64,000 nt of DNA from a virus (Duplodnaviria > Caudoviricetes), in the IMG/VR virus record IMGVR_UViG_3300031851_000001, one strand, 5' to 3'. The position numbers and the translations under genes were made by a program. Each line of letters opens with the position of its first letter. The stretch's first letter is position 1. This document shows positions 10,246-21,228 of the stretch, piece after piece. Under the pieces are notes generated by a model. That model was not told the DNA's origin and did not search any database. It saw nothing but the letters and a program-made list of their open reading frames with translations.

Positions 10246-11418
10246 TTACTTTCCTACTTTTTCGTTCAATTCCTTGATAGCTTCAATTAACAAACCAATT
10301 ACATTACCGTGTCTGACCGCAAAGATTGCCTCGCCAGTGTCTGGGTCCGTTGTTTCATAAACAGCTTCAGGTAAAACTTCCATAAGTTCTTGTGCCATAA
10401 CGCCGGTCATTGGTTCGTCAGGTTTTGATATATAGTTAAATGTATAACCACCAAGTTGTGAAACTTTATCTAAGGCATTATTAATTGGTTCAATATTTTC
10501 TTTTTGTCTTTTGTCTGAAACAGTACCAAAACCGGTAACTTCACCTGTTGAGAAAACTGATGCAAAAGTAACATTAGAGTTTGTAGCAACAGTTTGACCA
10601 ATTTCAATAAGGCCGGATGTTGTGTTATATGTTACGCCAGTACCACCAGACAATGCAGCCCGTACTCTTGCTGTAGTATAATAAAGATTGTCATCGCCTT
10701 CGGTTAAACTATCTGTATCGTGGTTTGTTAATGAACTAACTGTACCAATAACGTTACCTGTAAATGTAGCAGGAATTCCAGCCTGACCACTTTCAAGCAC
10801 CTTATTTGATACCCCACTATCGTCTACTTTATATACGTCACCTACTAAGTTACCTGTTAAAGTTCCACTAAAGTCATCTGCAGTAACACTATTTGCTGAC
10901 ATATCAACGGCTGTGATATCGTTAACAGTTAAATCGCCGGTAACTGTCATATCCTCAGTTACATTAAAATTAATTACGCTTAACGTACCAGCTGGCGTTA
11001 AAGATAGCTTTGGCGTACCTGTTCCTGTATCAATATTAAAATTAGCATCATCTGAATTATCAATACCAACATCCCAAGATATTGTACCATCAGTATATCT
11101 TGTTTGACCACCGCCTGCGCCATATGAAAATGTAGCTACTACCTGATCGCTTGCGCCGATAATATTTAAAGGTGAATTAAATGTTACTGGAGCACTTGCA
11201 GTGAAAGATGTAATTGTGTCTGCTTCAAATAACGTATCAGCAATTAATGTATTAGCTTGAAGATCTCCAGCTAAATTTACATCGCCTGTAGTTAAATCAC
11301 CGGAAACGGTTGCTGTGACAACTTGCTCACGCATAAGATCAACCATTTCATTGGTCTTATCAAACCAATTTTGAAACGTCTGAGTAGTCGTAATGTTTTG
11401 AATATTTGTTTTTGCCAT
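10246..11418 (-). CDS. Tail fibre protein with C-terminal intramolecular chaperone (peptidase S74)
   Basis: C-terminal SDKRQKENIEPINNALDKVSQLGGYTF...GVMAQELMEVLPEAV...GLLIEAIKELNEKV is the S74 chaperone signature. Confidence 0.85.
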   Translation of the reverse strand: MAKTNIQNITTTQTFQNWFDKTNEMVDLMREQVVTATVSGDLTTGDVNLAGDLQANTLIADTLFEADTITSFTASAPVTFNSPLNIIGASDQVVATFSYGAGGGQTRYTDGTISWDVGIDNSDDANFNIDTGTGTPKLSLTPAGTLSVINFNVTEDMTVTGDLTVNDITAVDMSANSVTADDFSGTLTGNLVGDVYKVDDSGVSNKVLESGQAGIPATFTGNVIGTVSSLTNHDTDSLTEGDDNLYYTTARVRAALSGGTGVTYNTTSGLIEIGQTVATNSNVTFASVFSTGEVTGFGTVSDKRQKENIEPINNALDKVSQLGGYTFNYISKPDEPMTGVMAQELMEVLPEAVYETTDPDTGEAIFAVRHGNVIGLLIEAIKELNEKVGK

Positions 11419-11424
11419 TTAACT

Positions 11425-11607
11425 CTACTTCTCTATTCGATCTAATCTATCGCAAACAACTGCCAATAGTTCTTTAATTTCCTGAACTTCATTACCTAAT
11501 TTAGTTACCTTACGGTGTAAAGCTCTTTCTTGTTTATATTTATTCAAACTTGCTGCGTCTGTACTTAAAACAGCTTTTGAAAATGTATGACGAACAACGT
11601 TTGACAT
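11425..11607 (-). CDS. Small conserved coiled-coil protein downstream of VrlC
   Basis: 60-aa ORF coupled to VrlC; similar small ORFs follow VrlC in marine T4-like phages (from memory). Confidence 0.65.
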   Translation of the reverse strand: MSNVVRHTFSKAVLSTDAASLNKYKQERALHRKVTKLGNEVQEIKELLAVVCDRLDRIEK

Positions 11608-14600
11608 TATGTTAAAGCTAACGCTCGCATATCTCGTACTAACGATGATTTTGATATATCGTTAGAAATCATTTCAATTTTAATAGCAAACTTTCTATAA
11701 CCAACATGTGTTCCGCCAGTGCTTGTATAGTTAAGCACACCGTTTACATCTTTATTGGCATCAGGTAATTGCCATTCGTATTCTCTAAAATCATTTTGAT
11801 TAGACGCAGTAAACATATTTACGCCTTTATATAATTCCAACTCAATCCAAGGAATTGTATCAAACGCCGCGGCATCATATACATTTTGTGGTCTAATATA
11901 AACTTTAATATCAGTACCGCTTGGGCGGTGAGCAGTTAAAATAACATTAATATCTTCAGCATCTAAATCTTCAGAAAGTTCAACTGTCTGAGAAATGTAC
12001 TTCGATGTAGTATCAGAACTACTTGTTACTAACCATTGGTATGACATTAGTGTAGCGGTTTCCAAATCAACTATTGGAGATGTTGTATCGCTAGAACCGT
12101 TTGTCATATTCACTTTAATTTCAAAAGGTTTTAAGTCAGATGGATCATTTGATTTAGAATAAACAACAACACCTTTTTCTGTAAAGTAGTTTGAAGCACC
12201 AAATTTCATAGGTTTGTTATATGTAGTTAACGTATCAGCAGGTGGTACGAATGTACCTGATACTGAAGTTGTAGTTTTACTATCATTTGATTTGTTAATA
12301 AGTGGTTGTACATAACTTAAGTTAATATTATCAACTGTACCAATTGTTCCTTCGACGCCACTTGAAGAACCAGTAATAGTACCAGCCGCGCTGAATTGTT
12401 TGGTTGACGTAGCCGAACTATTTTGTAAGTGCATTACTGATCTATTAAGAGTATTGTAGAATGAAATGGTTCCTGAAACAATCGGTGTACCAGTACCGTT
12501 GCCAACATCAAATGATACTGGTTTAGTTGTAGTCATTTCAGTTGCACTATCAACACTCGCAATTTTAAATATTTCTTTTATTGAACCGCCTGCATTAATA
12601 ATCAGAATTTTGTCACCGGCGGCGTATGTGTCACCTAGTGCCGTACCGTTAATTGTTGATGTACCATTAACCATCGTTACACCAGCTGCTGTTCCACCAG
12701 TGAGTGATAATGTTTGATATACTTCTTCACCTTGAGTAAATCGACCATCCCAATCTGAAAGCGTAAGGAATTCATGATCGTTATTTGTTAGCGTTACAGT
12801 ACCATCTGATGCGCTAAACTGGTGGCGGTATAAAGTGAATTTTAAATCTTCATCTTGTACTGATTTCCAAGCTCGGTTGTTTGTTGATGTAAAGAGAACA
12901 CCGTCACCCCAGTCTTGAACAACTGCTTGACCGTTTGTTGCTCCCGGAGTTAAATCAACACCACCAACTTTAGATGTAAATACTAAGTAATTAGGATCGT
13001 TCGCATCCGGTTGAACAACAATTGCATATTCTTTTTCAATATCCAATCTGATTGGAACATTAAATGTAATCGTTGTTACCTCTGATGCATCGTCTGAAAC
13101 ATTAACATCAGCTGGATTTAAATGAACTTTAGAGAATGGCATAATAACTGACGAAGGATAACCGTTGACAACTTCACGTAACATAATAGTTACGCCGTTA
13201 ATTTCACTTTTACGTTTAAAGAATACATCAACTTTAGAAGCAAATACTGATGTTGCCCCTTTACCCATGCCTTCTTTAATAAAGAATGTTTGTGCTAGCG
13301 GATCAATTGCGAAAGGTCTTCCTGCAACTGTTCTCGTTGTCGTTGATGTTATGACTGAAGTTTCAGGCATTCTTACTGATGAAGTTAAGCTAACTTTGTC
13401 AACATTAATGTTATATGCGTTATACGATAAATCACCGCGTGATGTTTTTGCAGAGTCAATGCTTGAGTATTGGCTAACGTCAACAACTGTTAATTGTCTT
13501 TCGCCAACAAAGAATGTACCTGATGGTAATTCAAACACGGCTCTTAATACACCATTAGCATCGGTAGTAACCGCGGCATTTAATGCTCCAAATTTTTCAA
13601 CATCTCTTGCTCTTGTTGCTGAGGTGGTCCCAGGTCTTACTCTGTTATTTACGTCAACTTTATCAAAGAAAAAGTAATGTCGAGTATTAGGACGTAAGCC
13701 TGACATATAAACTTTAATATCTCTTGCTCTCATATATGGTTCAAATTGGAAGTCAGAAACAAAATCTCCAACACTTGAAGTTTGTTGATTTGATCCAACA
13801 TTAAGAGCTGTAGTTTGAGTAGTAGTTGATGTTACATCTTGCCAAATATTATTTCTAACTCTGTTTCGTACTCTACTTGCAGCCGTAACGACGTCTCGCG
13901 TCATTGGAATAAACGATTGTAAATCTTCAATAAAGTTATTAAATGGCGCAACAATATCAAAATCTAATCTCATAGGATTAGTTGTTACATCTTGTGCCAT
14001 ATCGTGGTCTGGAGATAAAGCACCAACACCGTCATATGACCAGTAATTTGATACACAATTTCTAAAGTTTGTAGCATATGTCTGCGATAATACTTTAACG
14101 TTTGCATTTCTTGTCAAGGATGCTATGTCTGCGTCGTCTGTTGTTGGGAAGATAGACGCTGATGAAGTTGATTTATATTTTAAATCTAGTGGAAACGTTC
14201 TTAATGCAGGAGTAAGTGTTTTTGTATCACCGCGAATAGCTGCCGAGAAATTAGGGTTTTCTAAATTAGCAATAGTAGTATCATTAAATGGATCTACTAG
14301 GAAACCGTTTTTAAATCTTGTTAAACCATTTTCATCAATAACATTTAAGTTTTGAGTGTCTGCCTCGAGTTGGCTTAGGCTAACATAATATTCTAAATTA
14401 TCTACTCGTTTTTCTACGCTAGCAATATCTTCCATAGTATATGTTTTCGTACCAGCAGACTTAGCAGTAACCGCATAGTATGACTTATTTTGACTTGACG
14501 CTTCTACCGGAGATAGTGCTGGATAACCTGGGATTGTAATATGAGAGATAAGGAATTGGTCTGCGCCAATTTTTGGAGGCGAAGGAATTTGTTCTTCTTT

Positions 14601-16967
14601 ACCTTTAACTGTAGCAACTACGCCATATGAGTCAATAATAACTGCATCAGTACGAGCGTTATAAGTTTCAATTTCAGCGTTGACATTACCATTAATTTGT
14701 GGTATAATATAATCATTAGTACTAAATGTTGGCTGTGATGCTCCAACCGCGGCAGTAACAACCGACGCAGCTCCTTCAGTCAATGCAGTGTAGCTTGCCC
14801 CAGCGCTAAGATCAGCATATGGTCTAAAATCAATACATTCTCTTAGTCTATATGTTGTGCCAGTCGTTGATTTGTATACACCCATGTCTGATGTGCGAAT
14901 TTTTTCACTAGGTAATATTGCAGTTGTATCATCAATTGGATAACTGTCAATAGTAAAAAAGTTTGAACCAGTTGAGTTATTAATTTTAAATACTTTAAGT
15001 TGTACTGTATATGTACCTGATGTTGGAACCGGCCGACCTGGGATAAGTTCCATAAAAGAGATATCATAAAAATTGTCTTTTTGGTTTTTATTTAATCTAA
15101 AGCTTTCAGTAAAATCATTACCAAGACTATCTTCAACGCTTATAATGCTGTGTACATCAGGAAATCCAAGACTATATTGAGATACGCCATTATCCCAAAC
15201 AAATTTAATATATGGATTAACTAATACTTTATTATATGCTGTTGCGTCTGTATTGTTGAATATTCTTTTGTTATAATAAACCTCGGCAACAGGATCTGAA
15301 TTATCTGCTGGGTCTAAAGTAATTGTAAGAACTGAATTATTGAGTGATGTTGTATAACTTAGTACATTAATAAGAGTATTAGATGCGTCTACCACAACGA
15401 TATCGCTTTGGTCAACTGCAAAGTCTTCGTTTGCTACGGCGTTAATAACAATTTCATTACTTGAAACATTTACACTTGATGCATGCGCACGAACAGGAAT
15501 AATTAAATCAGTTAAAGTTTTAATACTTCTTGCACCAGTATCAAATATTGTTGGCGCAGTGTTTGTACCTTTGATTTTTGATCCGGAAGGAATTGTGATA
15601 ACGCCTGCAGTGCCAACGATACGTTCAACATTAGCAAATGTATATGATGGGTAGAGTAATTTAACACCAAACAAATACAATCTTGTAGGAGTAATGTTTT
15701 TAGCAAAAGCTTCGCCAATTTTTGTGCCGTTTGCGCGTTGCAGTTCTAGTGTTTCGTATTGTAATCCAATAGTACCAGTAATTGCAGTAACGTCAACGTA
15801 TCCACCATAATTAAGAGATGTTGACTCATTGGCTTGTACGGTGGTAGTAGTAACTTCATCAATTACTGTATCTTGGAAACCTTTGTTTTCAATTCTATAA
15901 CCTTTAATATAAGCTGAGCCTTTTCCGACAAGTGCCGTAAGTTCATCATCTCTGCGTTCTACTAATACTTTAAAATCATCAACAATGTAATCGCCGTTTG
16001 TTTCATATGTACGTTTGGCTAGTTCTTCATTAACAGAGTTAAATTGTGTAACGTCTCTAAGCGTAACGGCCGAGCCATTCTGATACCTAATTAATGTAAA
16101 GAACCCTGCGTCAACATCAGCAACTGCGGTTGTCTTAACGGTTAATGTTGGAACCATTTTAAATCTATCAGCACCCGGAGCGTTTTCATTTTCTGAACCG
16201 TTTGCGTTATCAAATAGGCTGCTATCTTGTAGTGAACTAACAATTGTTTCAGAAACTTCATAGCCAACTGATAAGTCGTCAGGTTGGTTAGTATATGGAG
16301 AAACAACAAGCGTTTGGTCAGCAGCGAATAAGAAGTGACCTTTTTGGAATACGACACCAGCTGCAGCTTGAATACCAAATGATTTTCCTGTTGGAGTTGG
16401 AAGCTGTGTTACCTGAGTTGTTTGAACATTAAGTTGTGTTTCAATAATAGTTGAACCATTATAGCGATACTTATTAATTGTAAGTTCTTCACCAGCAATA
16501 AACGATTTATAACCACTTCCTTCGTTTGTGTTTAAGTAGTTAATAAAAAATGTATTAAGGTTTGGCGGACGAGTTTCAAAACCACGAGCAGCGGATACGA
16601 TTGATGCCTTCAAACCGGAAATTTGTCCTTCAACCTCATACTTAGTTTCGATAGAAGTTGTAGTACCAAGAATTACTTCGTCTGCAACAGAAGGGATAAA
16701 TGTTTCTGGGTCAAAACCAGTTTTGTCTGTTAGCTTAACAAATTCTAAACTATTTAAATTTGTAAAGTTACACCCTTTAACAATGCTACCTTCTTGGTAA
16801 ATATTATCACCAAATTGCTCAACTTGATTTTGAAGAATAGTTTGTAGCTGTGTAAGCTCGCGGGCTTGAATAGCGTAAGCAGGCTTAAACAGAATTTTAT
16901 AGAACTGCTTTTCTATATTGAAATCATCAAAATATGGAGCAATATTTAAATTTTTATTAATAGGCAT
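11607..16967 (-). CDS. VrlC-like (DUF4815) baseplate/virion structural protein
   Basis: N-terminus NLNIAPYFDDF...FYKILFKPAYAIQARELTQLQTILQNQVEQFG is characteristic of VrlC/DUF4815 in marine T4-like phages; 1786 aa. Confidence 0.85.
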   Translation of the reverse strand: MPINKNLNIAPYFDDFNIEKQFYKILFKPAYAIQARELTQLQTILQNQVEQFGDNIYQEGSIVKGCNFTNLNSLEFVKLTDKTGFDPETFIPSVADEVILGTTTSIETKYEVEGQISGLKASIVSAARGFETRPPNLNTFFINYLNTNEGSGYKSFIAGEELTINKYRYNGSTIIETQLNVQTTQVTQLPTPTGKSFGIQAAAGVVFQKGHFLFAADQTLVVSPYTNQPDDLSVGYEVSETIVSSLQDSSLFDNANGSENENAPGADRFKMVPTLTVKTTAVADVDAGFFTLIRYQNGSAVTLRDVTQFNSVNEELAKRTYETNGDYIVDDFKVLVERRDDELTALVGKGSAYIKGYRIENKGFQDTVIDEVTTTTVQANESTSLNYGGYVDVTAITGTIGLQYETLELQRANGTKIGEAFAKNITPTRLYLFGVKLLYPSYTFANVERIVGTAGVITIPSGSKIKGTNTAPTIFDTGARSIKTLTDLIIPVRAHASSVNVSSNEIVINAVANEDFAVDQSDIVVVDASNTLINVLSYTTSLNNSVLTITLDPADNSDPVAEVYYNKRIFNNTDATAYNKVLVNPYIKFVWDNGVSQYSLGFPDVHSIISVEDSLGNDFTESFRLNKNQKDNFYDISFMELIPGRPVPTSGTYTVQLKVFKINNSTGSNFFTIDSYPIDDTTAILPSEKIRTSDMGVYKSTTGTTYRLRECIDFRPYADLSAGASYTALTEGAASVVTAAVGASQPTFSTNDYIIPQINGNVNAEIETYNARTDAVIIDSYGVVATVKGKEEQIPSPPKIGADQFLISHITIPGYPALSPVEASSQNKSYYAVTAKSAGTKTYTMEDIASVEKRVDNLEYYVSLSQLEADTQNLNVIDENGLTRFKNGFLVDPFNDTTIANLENPNFSAAIRGDTKTLTPALRTFPLDLKYKSTSSASIFPTTDDADIASLTRNANVKVLSQTYATNFRNCVSNYWSYDGVGALSPDHDMAQDVTTNPMRLDFDIVAPFNNFIEDLQSFIPMTRDVVTAASRVRNRVRNNIWQDVTSTTTQTTALNVGSNQQTSSVGDFVSDFQFEPYMRARDIKVYMSGLRPNTRHYFFFDKVDVNNRVRPGTTSATRARDVEKFGALNAAVTTDANGVLRAVFELPSGTFFVGERQLTVVDVSQYSSIDSAKTSRGDLSYNAYNINVDKVSLTSSVRMPETSVITSTTTRTVAGRPFAIDPLAQTFFIKEGMGKGATSVFASKVDVFFKRKSEINGVTIMLREVVNGYPSSVIMPFSKVHLNPADVNVSDDASEVTTITFNVPIRLDIEKEYAIVVQPDANDPNYLVFTSKVGGVDLTPGATNGQAVVQDWGDGVLFTSTNNRAWKSVQDEDLKFTLYRHQFSASDGTVTLTNNDHEFLTLSDWDGRFTQGEEVYQTLSLTGGTAAGVTMVNGTSTINGTALGDTYAAGDKILIINAGGSIKEIFKIASVDSATEMTTTKPVSFDVGNGTGTPIVSGTISFYNTLNRSVMHLQNSSATSTKQFSAAGTITGSSSGVEGTIGTVDNINLSYVQPLINKSNDSKTTTSVSGTFVPPADTLTTYNKPMKFGASNYFTEKGVVVYSKSNDPSDLKPFEIKVNMTNGSSDTTSPIVDLETATLMSYQWLVTSSSDTTSKYISQTVELSEDLDAEDINVILTAHRPSGTDIKVYIRPQNVYDAAAFDTIPWIELELYKGVNMFTASNQNDFREYEWQLPDANKDVNGVLNYTSTGGTHVGYRKFAIKIEMISNDISKSSLVRDMRALALT

Positions 16968-16980
16968 CTATCATGTTTCC

Positions 16981-18618
16981 TTAAAATTCTAATACTAATT
17001 TGTATTCTTCCCGTGAGGTTCTTGTACGAACGAGAGGAACAAAATCTTCCATGAAGTATACTTGCCCACTTCTTTGGATGTAATCTGATTCTATCGTATT
17101 ATTGGCTTGTGGACTATTTATTACAATTCTTTGACCTGTAGAATTGACAATTGCGGCGGTTGGGTCAAACGATATATCATTGTTTGCTTGATTGACAAAC
17201 GGACCCATGTAGTTTGAAATATACACCGTGTTAGCAGAGTCAACTACTTCATGTACTTTACCAGTGAATGTAACTTTATTTGAAGAATCTAATTGCGTAA
17301 TTATATCTCCTTCAACTGCGTAAGAAATATTATTCGTTGAGATTTCAATTCTATTATCAAATACGTCTGGTGTGTTCGCTGTATTTGCCTGAGCACTTAC
17401 AAATTCTGGATTTTTAACAATACCAATATTTGAATAACTACTTTCCTTACCAATTTGGTTATTATCTGTTTCAGTAATGTATCCATATAAGAGAATGTGA
17501 CTACAATATAATTCGTCAATTAAGTTATATGCATGCCCACCAAACGGTGAAAGTATTGGTCTTAGTTCTGCTCTAACATCAACAGAGTTAGGATCTTCTG
17601 GCGCAAAATCAAACTCAGGATCTTTGACTGATGCTGTTAAATTAGTGTAACCAGATCCTGGGTTAAGAATAATAATATTTGTAATTTGTCCGTTAACTAC
17701 TTCTGACTTAGCAACACACCCTGAACCATCTCCTTGCAATTCAATAGTTGGGATAATTGAAAACGTGGCAATGTTTGAAACACCGTCAGCACGTGGTGTA
17801 CCTTCAACTCTAACTTTACCATATCCGGTATTCGAGTCAAATGTGTATGTATCAATTTTATATATGTTTGAAACACCATCTGGGTTTGTTGTATATATTG
17901 TCATGCCTGAATAATAGTTTTGAATTTGGTTAATATTATTAGCACGTACTGTTATAATACCAGAGTTTGACGGTGAAGCAACTAAAAATCCGTCCAAAGA
18001 AGGATAGCCAGCGTTATCAACTGGGTTTTCAATAAAGATATCACTAAGCTCTGATCCATAAACAATATTGTTAGCATCGGCATTTGGATCAGGATAAATT
18101 TCTAAATCTACAGGTAAGGGGATATAACCAACGGCATTATACGCCTCAAACTCTGCCGCCTCAATCGCATACATAAACTTCCATACGTATTTGTCGGCTG
18201 TTCTATATATTTGGTTTGTTGTAAAAGAATTCCAGTTTGGCGGAGCAGAAGATGCGCCATTATTGTTATTATATAAACATTTAAATACTCGATAGTCTCC
18301 AGTATCATTATCGTTTGGTCCTACTACGGCATAAAACTTTTCGCCATCTAAGTCAATCCTATCATCGTATTGAACATAAGTAGCGTCTTTCTGCCAAGGA
18401 TGATATTTAATCATAAACTTGGTATCAGATCCAAGAACCTTTTTACCAAATATAGTATTTTCTAAAAATTCATTTTTACTATATTGTGAATTAGATGCTC
18501 TTGCACGTGCGTCTGTCGAAACAGAAGAAATGAATACATAAAAGTCATTGTCCTGAATGTCTTCCATAAACATTCTGGTAGTATCATTTTTTAATTTTGT
18601 AGTAAGTACTTCTGCCAT
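16981..18618 (-). CDS. gp8: Baseplate wedge subunit gp8
   Basis: WQKDATYVQYDD...YRVFKCLYNN...TADKYVWKFMYAI motifs of gp8; baseplate context. Confidence 0.85.
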   Translation of the reverse strand: MAEVLTTKLKNDTTRMFMEDIQDNDFYVFISSVSTDARARASNSQYSKNEFLENTIFGKKVLGSDTKFMIKYHPWQKDATYVQYDDRIDLDGEKFYAVVGPNDNDTGDYRVFKCLYNNNNGASSAPPNWNSFTTNQIYRTADKYVWKFMYAIEAAEFEAYNAVGYIPLPVDLEIYPDPNADANNIVYGSELSDIFIENPVDNAGYPSLDGFLVASPSNSGIITVRANNINQIQNYYSGMTIYTTNPDGVSNIYKIDTYTFDSNTGYGKVRVEGTPRADGVSNIATFSIIPTIELQGDGSGCVAKSEVVNGQITNIIILNPGSGYTNLTASVKDPEFDFAPEDPNSVDVRAELRPILSPFGGHAYNLIDELYCSHILLYGYITETDNNQIGKESSYSNIGIVKNPEFVSAQANTANTPDVFDNRIEISTNNISYAVEGDIITQLDSSNKVTFTGKVHEVVDSANTVYISNYMGPFVNQANNDISFDPTAAIVNSTGQRIVINSPQANNTIESDYIQRSGQVYFMEDFVPLVRTRTSREEYKLVLEF

Positions 18619-18642
18619 GTCACCTAGCCTGCCTCTTTGTAA

Positions 18643-18650
18643 TATTTATA
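18643..18650 (-). promoter_or_regulatory. Late promoter TATAAATA
   Basis: Exact octamer 25 nt upstream of the gp8 start. Confidence 0.8.
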
Positions 18651-18659
18651 AACATTTTC

Positions 18660-21227
18660 CTAACCTCTTCTACGTATATTAGGTCGTGGGTAAACTTTCC
18701 CAGATGCAGGTCTTGTTTTAAAATTTTGCTTTGGAAGTGTGTTTCCGTCTATTGGTCGTTGATTATACCATCTTAGATATTTATTTGCCGCGCCTTGTAA
18801 ACTATTTCTATCGTACGCATCGTCTGTACCAGAGTCATACATGGCATTCATAGTTGCGTTATTAAGTAACCAATCCTCTGCCTCTTCCTGAGTTAGGTTA
18901 GGCCAAGACTCTGCAAGCAAAGCAACAACACCTGCCACTTGTGGGCCAGACATACTTGTTCCTTGATACTTACCTAATTGATAACTACTATTTCTAGCAT
19001 CGTTTACACCACCTGAGTGCAAACTACTTTGAATGGCTTCGCCGGCTGCGTAAATATCAACTTGGTTACCGCAATTACTAAACGTTGCTTTAACTTCATT
19101 AACATTATTTGATGTAGCTCCAACGTTAATAACCGGATTAAACCCAGCGCCGGAACCTGTACCGCGGTTAAGATAATATGTTTGGTCAAATCCATAATAT
19201 TGTACTTCGTATGTATTATTCCAATCTTGGTCTGATTCGTTAACAGTTTTCCAACTATCATTACCTGCCGATGCTACAATAATAATTCCGTCATCTATTG
19301 CGTCTTGCATATCAGCTTGGCGTGAAGTAAACCAATTTGGAATATCCATTTGTAAAGATGGAGCATAACAACCACGAGCTCTTAATTCAGTTGTAGTTAA
19401 ATCTCGTCCTGGGCTAAACTCTGTACCCCTATATGTAATACTTGTAATGTTACCAAAATTATCTTCAGCTGAACCAACAGGTATAGAACTACCATAACTA
19501 TTGTTTGTAATAGTAGGATTGCGTCTACCAGTTGTAGGGTTAATGGCTTTTGTATTATGCCATTCTCTAATGTAATCCCACATCCTTGTACTTGATAAAC
19601 TATTTGGGTTTGAACCATATGGACTAATGTTATAAACTGTTGCTGAACGTGCCCAACCTTGAGTATTCCCTGCTACAGTTCCACCACAATGGCAGCCATG
19701 ATTATTATCAGCTTCATCTGCTACGTTTGTATATGAACCTGAACGATTATATGTATATGTACCATTTGATCCAAATCCTAAAGCACTTGTTAACGAAAAC
19801 CAATTAAATTGATTAATTCTTGAAGCGCCGTTTGCTGCTGGTGTATAATATGAAGGACCGTTATCATTATCCCTAAAAATATCTCTTAAAACAACAAAGT
19901 CTGGTTTACTTAACACTGGTTCAAAATATGATTTAAATAGGGCGTACCCTTTCGGATTATTAGTTAACATTCCAGATGGAGTTTTTACTGAGTCAGACCA
20001 TTCCGGTGACAGTGATCCACCATCCCAAAAAGTACTCATATCCCACATTGACCAGTTCATCAAATACATATATTCTTTATAAGCTACCTCAGCTGCCTCA
20101 TCCACTGTTGCCCAATCGGATGCATAACCAGACGGATCAAAAAATCCGCCATCAATAGCTTCTTTCATAGCAAGGTGCAATTCTGTTGTTTGCCAATTAA
20201 CATTATTAGTTGCTAACCAATTCACAGCTGTTTCAGATCCCGGCACCGCACCCATAATACCAAACAAATGTATTGTGTGCATAAGATGTTCTACAAGTTC
20301 TTCAATATCTCTATCACCAACCGACGGGCTTGGCCCGCTAATATTAGCATACCAAACCATATCGTTATGTACGTGGTTATCTAAAAAATCTACGTATCCT
20401 GCATACTGTGCAGCGCCTGCGTCTGTTAAAAAGTTTGGACTATATTCAGAACCACCACCGTATGCAATTCTTTGAACGGCAGGAAGTCCTGCGTGTATAG
20501 TTCCTGTAGCGCCTTGTAATGTTTTAATTAAATTGATTTGATGGTCTACATTAATAAGAGGATATGTTGGATCAATTAACAATGTTACCATTTTGGCAGT
20601 TTTTTCTGCCCACATATCAGGTACTGCGGTTTGACCTCCAACTGCGCCTGCAACAACCATCTTTAAACCACGAGCTGTTATTTGTCTATTAAATACTGCT
20701 CCATTAGATGAGTCACTTATAAGTGCACCATTTGAATAATCTGTCTCAGTTCCAATTGCTGCAAATTCTGGATGTGCTGGGTCAATATGTCCATCAACGA
20801 TAACAACATCAACATTTTTACCTGATGCAGTTACGGTTAAATCAGAGTTTATATTTGCAACTCCATTATCTCCCCAGTTACTTCTATTTGCGGCTTCAGA
20901 ATGTCTAAGTAAACCCCAGTTAAAATCTGTTGCGTCTGTAAACCAATCTTTTGAAAACTTTTGATTAACGACTGACCATCCTTGAGGTTTGGTAGTCAAA
21001 TCAATTAATTCTACTAAGTCACAGCCCCAGACTCTAGGATCGTTTTTTAATTCTTTCGCTTCTTCATTGGTTAACATATAATGAGTATTGCGACTTATGC
21101 TTCTTCTATCAACAACGGGTACTGCTCGACCCGGAATGTACAACGCTCCACCTTCATTTTCCATGTCATCGTAAAAGGAATTTAAATCCTCTTTATTATG
21201 AAGTGTAACAATCCATTCTTTTTGCAT
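18660..21227 (-). CDS. Subtilisin-like S8 serine protease with large inserted domain
   Basis: Catalytic motifs VVIVD(145)G, NNH(510)GCHCGGTVAG, oxyanion ASAGND and GTS(758)MSGPQVAG. Confidence 0.9.
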   Translation of the reverse strand: MQKEWIVTLHNKEDLNSFYDDMENEGGALYIPGRAVPVVDRRSISRNTHYMLTNEEAKELKNDPRVWGCDLVELIDLTTKPQGWSVVNQKFSKDWFTDATDFNWGLLRHSEAANRSNWGDNGVANINSDLTVTASGKNVDVVIVDGHIDPAHPEFAAIGTETDYSNGALISDSSNGAVFNRQITARGLKMVVAGAVGGQTAVPDMWAEKTAKMVTLLIDPTYPLINVDHQINLIKTLQGATGTIHAGLPAVQRIAYGGGSEYSPNFLTDAGAAQYAGYVDFLDNHVHNDMVWYANISGPSPSVGDRDIEELVEHLMHTIHLFGIMGAVPGSETAVNWLATNNVNWQTTELHLAMKEAIDGGFFDPSGYASDWATVDEAAEVAYKEYMYLMNWSMWDMSTFWDGGSLSPEWSDSVKTPSGMLTNNPKGYALFKSYFEPVLSKPDFVVLRDIFRDNDNGPSYYTPAANGASRINQFNWFSLTSALGFGSNGTYTYNRSGSYTNVADEADNNHGCHCGGTVAGNTQGWARSATVYNISPYGSNPNSLSSTRMWDYIREWHNTKAINPTTGRRNPTITNNSYGSSIPVGSAEDNFGNITSITYRGTEFSPGRDLTTTELRARGCYAPSLQMDIPNWFTSRQADMQDAIDDGIIIVASAGNDSWKTVNESDQDWNNTYEVQYYGFDQTYYLNRGTGSGAGFNPVINVGATSNNVNEVKATFSNCGNQVDIYAAGEAIQSSLHSGGVNDARNSSYQLGKYQGTSMSGPQVAGVVALLAESWPNLTQEEAEDWLLNNATMNAMYDSGTDDAYDRNSLQGAANKYLRWYNQRPIDGNTLPKQNFKTRPASGKVYPRPNIRRRG

Positions 21228-21228
21228 G

